Part shown: positions 9,874 through 18,631 of the stretch, piece after piece
How the letters are laid out: every line of letters starts with the position of its first letter
Position numbering within the stretch: the first letter of the stretch is position 1
NCBI GenBank assembly: GCA_048938005.1
Contig: JBHLMQ010000033.1
Span: forward strand, 1-35,187
DNA from: Promethearchaeota archaeon
GTDB taxonomy: Archaea > Asgardarchaeota > Lokiarchaeia > Sigyniarchaeales > SOKP01
Reading direction: 5' to 3'
DNA length: 35,187 nucleotides
Made by a program: the position numbers and the translations under genes
The notes under the pieces: generated by a model
Databases searched by the model: none
What the model was told of the DNA's origin: nothing
What the model saw: the letters and a program-made list of their open reading frames with translations, nothing else

Positions 9874-10422
9874 TTATAATTTAGTTAGTTCAGGGTTCTC
9901 TTGAAAAAATTCTCTAAATTTTTTACCATTATTAGCATATTCACCAGCAGTTTTCGCACCTATAAATTCTCCTTCTTCTGGTAAATCTTTTAGCTGTTTA
10001 GCTGGGACACCAGCCCACAATTGCCTAGAAGGTACTTTTTTGTTAGTAATTACAGCTCCCGCAGCGATCATTGACCCATCATCCATTTTAGTGTTATGTA
10101 ATACATTAGCCCCGATACCAATTAAACATCCGTCTCCTATTTCTACTGGTCCATGAATCATCGCATGATGTCCAATTATGCATTTTGAACCAATTATAAC
10201 AGATGTTCCCTTCTCCATATGAATTGTAACATTTTCCTGAATACTTGTATTCTCTCCAATCTTAATTTGACCTTGATCCCCTCTTAAAACAGCTCCAAAC
10301 CAAATATTGCTCAATTCTCCGATTATTACATCTCCAATAATAACAGCAGTGGGAGCAATATATACTGATTCATGAATTTGTGGTTTTTTTCTCGTATAGG
10401 GGCTTGGCATTATAATTGGCAT
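9874..10422 (-). CDS. Gamma-carbonic anhydrase family (left-handed beta-helix) protein
   Basis: Hexapeptide repeats; IWFGAVLRGD, IQENVTIH, IGHHAMIHG, AGVPAK. Confidence 0.92.
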   Translation of the reverse strand: MPIIMPSPYTRKKPQIHESVYIAPTAVIIGDVIIGELSNIWFGAVLRGDQGQIKIGENTSIQENVTIHMEKGTSVIIGSKCIIGHHAMIHGPVEIGDGCLIGIGANVLHNTKMDDGSMIAAGAVITNKKVPSRQLWAGVPAKQLKDLPEEGEFIGAKTAGEYANNGKKFREFFQENPELTKL

Positions 10423-10579
10423 AATTTCTCACATATAATATTTTTTAAAATTGAAGAATTAAGATAAAAATAATAAAGTTATGCTAAATTTTAGAAAAAA
10501 AACAAGTAATAAATAGAATAGCTCTTTAATAATAATTTAACCAATCAATCCATCTTAAAACAATTAAGGGCAAGTAAAA

Positions 10580-12307
10580 ATGGAAGGAAATTTACAATTC
10601 ATATATAAAAAAGAATACTGGTACATTAGTGCATTTATTAATACCAATGAGTTTATTGGAGAAACTAAAGCAGAAGAAATAGAAGCTCTATTATTAGAGA
10701 GATTAAAAAATCTAAGTGATAAGGAATTAGAAAAAGCAATTGCATTTTTAGAAAAACTTCCTCATGCTGAAGAAAAGAGAAGTATATTAATAGAAATGAC
10801 TAAATCCGTTTCAATTGAATGTGATTGGGAACCATTTTTTCAAAATTTCCCTTATACCGATGAGGATAACCCATATACCGAAGACAACAAAGATTTAATT
10901 TATAATACTTTGGGTTTCTTCAAATTAGAAGTAGAATATTTCAAAAATGAGCCATTTAAAAAAGAAAAAATAACACCAGATTTAATCCAACAAGTACCCT
11001 TTATAGTTCTTGATATCCTTAAGGAATTTAGTAAAGAAAAAAAAAATCAATATCTACTTCTTGATACGGAGAGCCCGATTTATGTTTTCGTTATATCCAC
11101 TAAAACAACCCCGATAGACGTTCAATGGGATGAGGAAAATGTGTACAAATACAAAAGAGTTCTTGGATATTGGAACCAAATTTATGCTGGTCAATGGCGA
11201 GATTATAGTGAGGATCTTTTTGAGAGAAGGGTCAAAAAAAATCTATCGAATCGTGTAACTGAATTGCATTATATTAAGAGAAATTCTGGATTTATTTTTA
11301 TGGCAGAAAAAAACTTCGAAACAGAGTTTTCATACATAAAAGACCACATATTAGAACCAACACCAAAAATGAGAGCAGTATTATTCGCATTAATGACAAT
11401 TAATCATTCTCTTGATGTGTTATTTATGAAAAGATATTCTGATGTCTTTATGAGCTTAGAAAAAATTGAACAAAAAACTAAAAATCTCAGATTTTTAAGA
11501 GGAATGATCCAGACTAAGATGAGCCTTATTTATAATGAATTAGATTGGAATCCACGTCAACATTATACAAGAGTTTTAACCCACTTGATAAAAAAATTCC
11601 GTATTGAAGAGATAATAAGAAGAACAAATGAAAAATTCAGTATGCTGTATGATTCTATGCAGGAGTTATATTCAAAAAGAAATGAAGAAAACCAAAAGAG
11701 AACTAAGAAAGCACTTTACTTCTTGAATATCTTATTAGGCGCAGGATTCATAGTAGAATTTATTAATACTATAAGAATAGCTACTGGTTTACAAGAAACA
11801 GTTCCACCTTGGCCTTTAGTACATGGGATAATTTCATTAATTTTGGGATCATTTTTGCTTCTTACTATTGGTTATTTTGTATATAGCAGATACAAATTAA
11901 AAGTTTCAGAACTGGGACATACTGTTGATGCTGTTATTCAAGATGATGACCAAAATGTCATATTAATAAAACGAAAATTTGCTCCTTATAAGGGAAAATA
12001 TGCACTTCCTGGGGGATTTATGAAATATAATGAAGATCCAGAACAAGCTTTAATCAGAGAAGTAAGAGAAGAAACCAACCTAGCTGTAGAGATTCTTAAA
12101 AAGATTGGGATATATGATCAAAAAGGACGAGATCCACGAGGTAGAGTTGTATCAACAGCATTTAAATGCCGTATAGTAAAAGATCTTTCAAGAATGAAAG
12201 GTGGAGACGATGCTCTTGTTGCTGAAGCTATACAAATCGATAAAATCAGATTAATAGATTTAGCTTTTGATCATAAGCAAATATTAAAGGATGCTGGTAT
12301 TTTGTAA
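10580..12307 (+). CDS. Membrane protein: soluble N-terminal region, long helical stalk, 2 TM helices (CorA-like layout) and a C-terminal NUDIX hydrolase
   Basis: Nudix box GFMKYNEDPEQALIREVREETNL, plus TVDAVI, LIKRK..PYKG.YALPGG, RDPRGRVVS, GDDA and LAFDH, as in ADP-ribose pyrophosphatase/NrtR-type Nudix domains. Two hydrophobic helices lie at about 11712-11883. The CorA-like call is an inference. Confidence 0.8.
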   Translation: MEGNLQFIYKKEYWYISAFINTNEFIGETKAEEIEALLLERLKNLSDKELEKAIAFLEKLPHAEEKRSILIEMTKSVSIECDWEPFFQNFPYTDEDNPYTEDNKDLIYNTLGFFKLEVEYFKNEPFKKEKITPDLIQQVPFIVLDILKEFSKEKKNQYLLLDTESPIYVFVISTKTTPIDVQWDEENVYKYKRVLGYWNQIYAGQWRDYSEDLFERRVKKNLSNRVTELHYIKRNSGFIFMAEKNFETEFSYIKDHILEPTPKMRAVLFALMTINHSLDVLFMKRYSDVFMSLEKIEQKTKNLRFLRGMIQTKMSLIYNELDWNPRQHYTRVLTHLIKKFRIEEIIRRTNEKFSMLYDSMQELYSKRNEENQKRTKKALYFLNILLGAGFIVEFINTIRIATGLQETVPPWPLVHGIISLILGSFLLLTIGYFVYSRYKLKVSELGHTVDAVIQDDDQNVILIKRKFAPYKGKYALPGGFMKYNEDPEQALIREVREETNLAVEILKKIGIYDQKGRDPRGRVVSTAFKCRIVKDLSRMKGGDDALVAEAIQIDKIRLIDLAFDHKQILKDAGIL

Positions 12308-12421
12308 AAAAATTTTTAAAAATTTTTTTTTTATCTTATTTCCTAAAATAGTTTATGCTAAATTCTAACGAAAATTAATATAATATAATACGCATCAATT
12401 CAAGATTTATTATACGCAAAT

Positions 12422-13366
12422 ATGACTGTTAAACAATTACAAGAAGAAATTTTGAATCTAAAAAATCAAAATGATGTAACTATCCTTGCTCATTATTATC
12501 AACCAATCGAAATACAGGAAATAGCTGACTTTTTAGGTGATTCTCTTGGATTATCTCGAACAGTAAAGGAAAAAGCAAATACAGAATATATTATATTTGC
12601 AGGAGTTAACTTTATGGCAGAAACTGCCTCAATAATAAATCAAGACAAGCATATACTAATACCTAATTACGAGTCCTGCTGTCCAATGGCAGCTTTTCTT
12701 ACTCCTGAAATGGTCAGAGAATTTAAAAAAAAATATGATGGAATTCCCGCAGTAGTATATGTGAACTCAACTGCAGCAGTAAAGGCCGAGTCAAATATTT
12801 GTTGTACGTCAGCAAATGCTGTAAAAATCGTTAAAAAGATTAGTCAAGAATTTAATGTAAAAGCAGTATTATTTGGACCGGATGCTAACTTAGCAGATTA
12901 CACTGAACAAATTTCAAATATAGAGACTATTAAAATGCCAGAAAAAGGACATTGTTACGTTCATTCACAAATTACTGTAGAGGATATAAAAACAGTTAAA
13001 GAAAAATATCCTAAAGCAGAACTTATTGTTCATCCTGAGTGTATTAGAGGAGTAAGAGAGCTAGCAGACTATGTAGGTTCTACAACCGGAATGTATAATT
13101 ATGTTAAAGACAATTCTTCTGAGGTAAAAGAGTTTATAATAGGGACAGAAGTAGGATTATTGGAACGTATGGCGCAAGATTTTCCAGATATTAGTTTTTA
13201 CTTAGCAAAAGACAGATTAATTTGCTATAATATGAAAAAACATAACTTAGAACTAATAAAATATCTTTTAGAAAATTTAGATGATAAAGCTTTTGAAGTT
13301 AAAGTACCCTATGAGATTGCGAAAAGAGCTTTAAAACCAATTGAGAAGATGCTGGATTTTTCTTAA
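12422..13366 (+). CDS. nadA: Quinolinate synthase
   Basis: ILAHYYQ, GDSL, GVNFMAE, CPMA, YVNS, CCTSANA, PDANL, CYVH, HPEC, GTE, CYNMK. Confidence 0.97.
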   Translation: MTVKQLQEEILNLKNQNDVTILAHYYQPIEIQEIADFLGDSLGLSRTVKEKANTEYIIFAGVNFMAETASIINQDKHILIPNYESCCPMAAFLTPEMVREFKKKYDGIPAVVYVNSTAAVKAESNICCTSANAVKIVKKISQEFNVKAVLFGPDANLADYTEQISNIETIKMPEKGHCYVHSQITVEDIKTVKEKYPKAELIVHPECIRGVRELADYVGSTTGMYNYVKDNSSEVKEFIIGTEVGLLERMAQDFPDISFYLAKDRLICYNMKKHNLELIKYLLENLDDKAFEVKVPYEIAKRALKPIEKMLDFS

Positions 13367-13410
13367 GTCAAAAAATTTTTTCAACTACTCAAAAGAATTT
13401 TACTTAAATT

Positions 13411-14508
13411 TCATGAACTAGAAGTCAATATGTTAAAATTTAACTCTAATTTTGAGCTATTTAAAATGGCTTCTTGCAGCATTTTACCTTCTTGTGATAG
13501 GGTTAATTTTTGAGATTTTGCCACTCCTTCCATCAATTTTTCTCTCTCTATATCTAAAAAGCCCATTTCTATTGCATTCTTTATGATTAGATTTAATACT
13601 AATAATTGAAATTGTTCATGAATAGCATCCCATATTAAACCCATTTCCTTTAACTGATTAGCTATTTCTTCAGCTATAATATCCAGATCATAAATCATAT
13701 CATAAATACCTTCTTGGAGATTAATAATTTCATCCATTAATTTATCTTTAATGAGCCTTAGGGTTGTAGTCCCTAATAAATCTTCTTCATGAAAATAAAA
13801 ATCATTATTTTTGCGTTTAATTAAATAAAACCCAAAATCATTTTTTATTAATTTAACTCTAGCTAAGTAGTTAATAGCTTCTCTTGAAACATTATAGACT
13901 TCACAAAACTCGTCTAAATTTAATTTATAACCACCAAACTCTTGAGAACTTGACTCGTCAAAATGCCAATATTTTCGTGCAAATGCTCCTTGACCTAAAA
14001 TTGAATTATAAAAAATGTAAAAAAGTGATAAATATAAATCTCTATCTTGTTGTAATTCAAAAAAATTATCTCCTATTTTGGAGATGATCCTTACTATATG
14101 AATTATAAATGGATCTTCCACACTTATTTCTTTGTAAAAATCTATTAAGTCCTCGAGTTTTCTGACATTTTCTTTTAATTCATTAACAATAAATAACTCA
14201 TCTTTTAGTTTTAAAGGTTCCTCTCCAAGTTTCTCTATTCCTTTTTCAGTAATTACATAACTCCTGTACTGCTTATTTGTTTTTCTGTCTGTAATTAACC
14301 TTTGTTCTATATTTTTATTTTTTCTATGAAAACTCAGATATTTAGAAACAGTAGATCTACTTAAATTAGAATATTTTACTAAATTAGTAAATCTTTGTGG
14401 ACCTAAATTTCTAAGGATAAATAATATCCGTCTACTATTATCTTCAATATTGCTAGATTTTTTTAGTAACTCAATCTTTAACTTTTTTGATATATTCCAG
14501 CTTTCCAT
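13411..14508 (-). CDS. Winged-helix DNA-binding protein with an uncharacterised C-terminal region
   Basis: ILFILRNLGPQRFTNL...LSRSTVSKYL...Y.ITEKG is a typical MarR/HxlR/ArsR-like wHTH. Confidence 0.75.
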   Translation of the reverse strand: MESWNISKKLKIELLKKSSNIEDNSRRILFILRNLGPQRFTNLVKYSNLSRSTVSKYLSFHRKNKNIEQRLITDRKTNKQYRSYVITEKGIEKLGEEPLKLKDELFIVNELKENVRKLEDLIDFYKEISVEDPFIIHIVRIISKIGDNFFELQQDRDLYLSLFYIFYNSILGQGAFARKYWHFDESSSQEFGGYKLNLDEFCEVYNVSREAINYLARVKLIKNDFGFYLIKRKNNDFYFHEEDLLGTTTLRLIKDKLMDEIINLQEGIYDMIYDLDIIAEEIANQLKEMGLIWDAIHEQFQLLVLNLIIKNAIEMGFLDIEREKLMEGVAKSQKLTLSQEGKMLQEAILNSSKLELNFNILTSSS

Positions 14509-14698
14509 AATAATATGATATAAACCTGGATATAAAAATATATACTTTTTTTTTGGACTTAGACTAAAATAATATAAAAATACAAATATTAATCATTTTA
14601 GTATATATTAGGGATAATAATAAGTAAAATTTAATAAATAAGAGTTTAATGTTAGAAATTGGAATATTATTCAAAATTAAATGATAATTTAATAACAT

Positions 14699-14896
14699 AT
14701 GACAATAGAAGATCCTAATATTTTAAAACGAATAAAAACAATTGAAGAAAGGTTAGATACAATTGAAGAACGTTTATCACGTTTAGAAAATAGATTGGGT
14801 CGCTTTCCATCTCCTCCATCTCCAAAACCCAGTCCAATACATCCTCCAGGACCCCCTGGTCCACCAGGACCTCCTCCAGAGCCTTTTCGATTTTAA
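14699..14896 (+). CDS. Small coiled-coil protein with a proline-rich (PPG)3 tail
   Basis: Heptads IKTIEERLDTIEERLSRLENRL followed by PSPPSPKPSPIHPPGPPGPPGPPPEP. The tail is locally GC-rich in AT-rich surroundings, consistent with coding. Confidence 0.75.
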   Translation: MTIEDPNILKRIKTIEERLDTIEERLSRLENRLGRFPSPPSPKPSPIHPPGPPGPPGPPPEPFRF

Positions 14897-15050
14897 AATA
14901 TTATTAGAAAATCATTTAGAGCAAAAAAAGCAATTTTCATCTTTTTTAAACTGAAGTTCGGTTTATTGAACGAAAATCCTTAATTAATCAATTTTTTAAT
15001 TATTATTTAATATAAATCAATTATAAATCATAAAAAGGGTGTGATTAAAA

Positions 15051-15305
15051 ATTACCCAATATAGATTTAGGCTAACCGGAGTCCCTCCAGATCAAGCGAT
15101 AAAGCTCATTGAGTTAGATCCAAACAATTCAATTGCAGAAATTAAAAAAACTGTGCAACGTGAATATAAATTAAACCCAATCTTAGCGATACAATTTATC
15201 TTTAAAGGTAAAGTCTTGCCTGATCAGTTAAAATTCGCAAAGATAGGAATTCATCCAAAAAAAGATGTCATTACGGTAATGGCTACGCAAGCAGGCGGAG
15301 TTTAA
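15051..15305 (+). CDS. Ubiquitin-like (beta-grasp) protein ending in GG-V (probable ATT start)
   Basis: Manual translation: (M)TQYRFRLTGVPPDQAIKLIELDPNNSIAEIKKTVQREYKLNPILAIQFIFKGKVLPDQLKFAKIGIHPKKDVITVMATQAGGV*. FIFKGKVLPD resembles ubiquitin LIFAGKQLED; diglycine near the C-terminus. An SD-like GGGTGTGA ends 6 nt before the ATT. Confidence 0.85.
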   Translation: MTQYRFRLTGVPPDQAIKLIELDPNNSIAEIKKTVQREYKLNPILAIQFIFKGKVLPDQLKFAKIGIHPKKDVITVMATQAGGV

Positions 15306-15345
15306 GTAATCCATTAATTGGAGACGTATTTATCACGGGGTTTAT

Positions 15346-15375
15346 AAGAGAAAAAAGTGGCTTATTTTTTCTCTT
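15346..15375. terminator. Hairpin between the convergent Ubl and longin genes
   Basis: AAGAGAAAAAA-N8-TTTTTTCTCTT perfect 11-bp inverted repeat followed by T-rich sequence. Confidence 0.45.
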
Positions 15376-15408
15376 CTTTTCTTATTTTTTTAATAACGTT
15401 AATAGTGA

Positions 15409-15834
15409 TTATTGTTCTAGATAATAGACATTCTTGAAATCCTTGAATTTTGTATCAAGAATTTGAATAATTTGATTAGAAAAAGATTTGAATTTAGAAA
15501 TTTCTCCATTAAAATCCTCTAAATAATCTTTATAATTTTCCAAGAAGTTATCAATTATAGTTTCAGAAAATAATTCTAGCTTTTTTTTATCAACCTCTTT
15601 GTTATCACATTTAAGAACTAAGTGAAAACCAGATATGTGGTTATAAAAGAAAAAGATAAAACTATCTAAGGTTAACATTTTCAAGCTTTCTTTAAACTCG
15701 CGCTTTGTAAAGCGACAAATTATATCAAAATAACTTGCTAGGGATTGTTCATCATCTAATCTATTGTTATTCAAAAAATCATGATAAAATAAGGCGAGTC
15801 CTGCTTGATTAATTATCATTAATTCTTGAATCAT
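15409..15834 (-). CDS. Longin-domain protein
   Basis: MIQELMIINQAGLALFYHDF...L..YFDII.RF....F.ESL..L.L....F.F.....F.LVL...F...Y...L..FNGEISKF..F...I..IL, a typical Asgard longin pattern. Confidence 0.8.
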   Translation of the reverse strand: MIQELMIINQAGLALFYHDFLNNNRLDDEQSLASYFDIICRFTKREFKESLKMLTLDSFIFFFYNHISGFHLVLKCDNKEVDKKKLELFSETIIDNFLENYKDYLEDFNGEISKFKSFSNQIIQILDTKFKDFKNVYYLEQ

Positions 15835-16137
15835 TTTGACTCTTTTAACGTTTCAAGTCTTTCTTAATTATCCGATATATTCTTATTAAATTCAATTATT
15901 TGAGATTTTTTATTACCTAACTTATGTTACAAGTTGTTTTTAAACTTTTATTTAAGAATTTATTTAGTTCAAAATAATTTTTTCAATTACAATATCCGTA
16001 TAAATTGAATATTTAGATTCCTATTATCCATTTAATATTAAAATAGAAAATAGCTCCTTTGTTGCCTTAAAAAAAAGGAAATATTCACATAAACCGGGAT
16101 ATTAGAAAAAAAAAGGAATATACAATAATAATGAATT

Positions 16138-17190
16138 TTAAATTATTTGTTTAATAGGAATTTTCTTTATTGTGTTATAAGCGGTTTTTAGACATTTTTC
16201 TGCATCATAAACTATAGTATTTATTATATCTGATACACTCTCTACACGGTCTATTAGTCCAATGCTTTGTCCTAAATAAACAGTACCTTCCTCAACGTTT
16301 CCTTCATATGTCTTCTCTAAATCTGCTAACTCTTTTTCAACCTTTGCCATTGAAGTTTCACCAGCTCTTTTTTCTTCTTTACTTGTGACAAGAGTTTGAT
16401 TTTCAATCATTTTATTCTTCCATACTCTTGCAGGCCCAAAAATCCCCGTTTTTAATTCTGTATCAGAGACTCTTGAGTTGACTACAATTTTTTTATAATT
16501 TTCGTGAAATTCACATTCTTTAGACGCGATAAATCTGGATCCCATAGAAATAGCTCCAGCTCCCATTGATAAAGCAGATGCTAAGCCTTCACCAGTAGCA
16601 AACCCTCCAGACGCAATTATAGGGATAGATGGTAATTTCTTTCTTACTTGTTGTAATAAAATTAAGGTGCTAATATTTTCATAGGATTGATGCCCTCCAC
16701 CTTCAGTTCCAGTAATCACTAGCCCATCAATTCCACTAGTAATCAATTTTTCAGCAAGATATAATGAAGGGGCAACATGGAAATGCTTAATTTTTGAACC
16801 ACTTTCTTTTAATTTTTCAAAGTGTTTGTTATAAATCATTCTTGGAGAGCCTGCACTTGTGATTAAATAAACACATTGTTCTCTTATTTTTGGATTTTCC
16901 ATAATAAAACTCGGAAGCTGCCTACAAAGCTTAATAGCGTCTGGTTGTAGTCTAGCTGTTCTAATGTTAAAACCAAAAGGCTTATCAGTATGTTCAACAA
17001 CGTATTCCATGCTTTTTTTCATTTCATCTATAGTTATAGTTCCATGTAAAGTAACGTGACTTAAAACACCTAAACCACCTGCTTCTGATACTGCAACTGT
17101 TAATTTAGTCGTATAAAAAGGACCCATTGGAGCACTTAGTATCGGATGCTTAATCCCAAACATTTTTGTTATATTCGTTTCTATTACCAT
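16138..17190 (-). CDS. Nitronate monooxygenase / FabK-like flavoprotein (paralog 1)
   Basis: HPILSAPMG, VSEAGGLG, TDKPFGFN, GTEGGGH, PIIASGG, MGSRF, GQSIGLI. Confidence 0.9.
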   Translation of the reverse strand: MVIETNITKMFGIKHPILSAPMGPFYTTKLTVAVSEAGGLGVLSHVTLHGTITIDEMKKSMEYVVEHTDKPFGFNIRTARLQPDAIKLCRQLPSFIMENPKIREQCVYLITSAGSPRMIYNKHFEKLKESGSKIKHFHVAPSLYLAEKLITSGIDGLVITGTEGGGHQSYENISTLILLQQVRKKLPSIPIIASGGFATGEGLASALSMGAGAISMGSRFIASKECEFHENYKKIVVNSRVSDTELKTGIFGPARVWKNKMIENQTLVTSKEEKRAGETSMAKVEKELADLEKTYEGNVEEGTVYLGQSIGLIDRVESVSDIINTIVYDAEKCLKTAYNTIKKIPIKQII

Positions 17191-17436
17191 TCTGAATCAC
17201 TTTTTTCTCATTTGATAAATCTAAAACAAAAGATTTGATAGTTCAAACCTTTAATTATAAGATCAAATGATTAGTTATTTTTATCAAAGGTTTATTTATA
17301 AAACTTTTACTTGAAAACACAATATTAAAAGTATTATTTTATCAAAGCTGTTATTAAAAATTCGTTTCTTTTTTATTAAACAGCTAATTCAAGGTTTTTC
17401 CTTTAGGATTTGTGGAGTATTGTTATACATCATTAC

Positions 17437-17454
17437 TGAATGAATCTTCATTCA
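17437..17454. promoter_or_regulatory. Palindromic operator TGAATGA-N4-TCATTCA
   Basis: Perfect 8-bp inverted repeat TGAATGAA-TC-TTCATTCA in a divergent intergenic region. Confidence 0.55.
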
Positions 17455-17616
17455 TTTTTACTAAAAAATAATAATATTCCAATTTTCCACAAATTTTTAT
17501 TATTAGTTTCAAATTAAAAGCTAAGATTTAAACTTACTTATTCAAAAGAATCAATTAAATAATTATTGTTTATTCTTAACTATTATGTGCTTTTCTATTG
17601 AAATATGGTGTAAAAT

Positions 17617-17805
17617 ATGGCATGGGGAGGATCACTTAATAAAAATGGCTCTGATTATATTAGAAAGTTAAGGGAAGCAGATAGAGTTGTAGCATTTTTA
17701 GAAAATCTTAAAGAAGATTTAAAGCCTGATGAACAGGCAAATTTTTCAAGGACAATTGAAATAATTACAGATTATTATTCAAAAATATCAGAAAATAAAG
17801 ATTAA
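17617..17805 (+). CDS. Small hypothetical helical protein
   Basis: 62-aa ORF with SD-like GGTG upstream; it ends 4 nt from the convergent hycI-like gene. Confidence 0.65.
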   Translation: MAWGGSLNKNGSDYIRKLREADRVVAFLENLKEDLKPDEQANFSRTIEIITDYYSKISENKD

Positions 17806-17809
17806 AATC

Positions 17810-18379
17810 TTATAATTCCTGCATTATATTTTTAATAATTTCAATAATTTGGTCGGCTGCTTTTTTAATAGTCTCTGTAAGATTAAATTCAAAAAAGGGA
17901 AGATCTTTGCTCTCACTTCGTTCCTTGAGTGAAAATGTATCTTCTTTATAGAAAGTTAACTCAGTAAATCCTTCAAGACTTTCAGGTACAAATCCAATCA
18001 TCAATATATTCAAAGTTCGCAACTTCTCTATCAATAAATCAATCACTATATGGATTGGAATTGTATGTGATGATATTGGTACATATTCTTTAATACTTTC
18101 TCGTTCAATTATAGCAACAGTTCCAGGAGGTTTATTTAAAGTGCATGTATCTAAAATAATGAGATGCGACGCTCTAAATTCTATAATATCATCAATTCTA
18201 TTCATGGGATCAATACCCGCGTTAATAAATAAGAATTTATCATTAGAGTATTTTAAAAGCTCGCTAACGATATAAATTCCAACTGCATCATCTGCTAGCT
18301 TTTCTTCTCCTATACCCATGAAAACGATTTTTGTTGCGTTTCTTAGCTTATCTAAAAGTTTCTCATAAAGATTCTTCAT
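17810..18379 (-). CDS. Hydrogenase maturation protease (HycI family)
   Basis: GIG....DDAVG, FINAG..P, LIILD, SSHTIP motifs. Confidence 0.85.
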   Translation of the reverse strand: MKNLYEKLLDKLRNATKIVFMGIGEEKLADDAVGIYIVSELLKYSNDKFLFINAGIDPMNRIDDIIEFRASHLIILDTCTLNKPPGTVAIIERESIKEYVPISSHTIPIHIVIDLLIEKLRTLNILMIGFVPESLEGFTELTFYKEDTFSLKERSESKDLPFFEFNLTETIKKAADQIIEIIKNIMQEL

Positions 18380-18631
18380 AACTGATTAAAGAAATGATAG
18401 ATGCTAAATAAATAATTATTAGATGCTTATTCGAATTAATAAACTTATCTTAAATAATAATTATCTTTTTGAATGTTAATTGAGTTTGCTAACTTCCCCA
18501 AAATCGTAAATAAATTTCATAATTCAAACACTCAATTATATTATATTCAAATTATTATACTAAAAGGTTAGGTAAAGAGTTATTATTAACAGTCAAATTC
18601 TTTAAAAAAGAATCTAATAATATATTTAAGA

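Noticed and set aside
14843-14880. True collagen domain
   Set aside because: Only three Gly-containing triplets, too short for a stable triple helix alone; kept as a polyproline motif.
18478-18537. Imperfect inverted repeat AATTGAGTTTG...CAAACACTCAATT between the hycI-like gene and endA
   Set aside because: Gapped, with a long spacer and AT-rich composition; could easily arise by chance.
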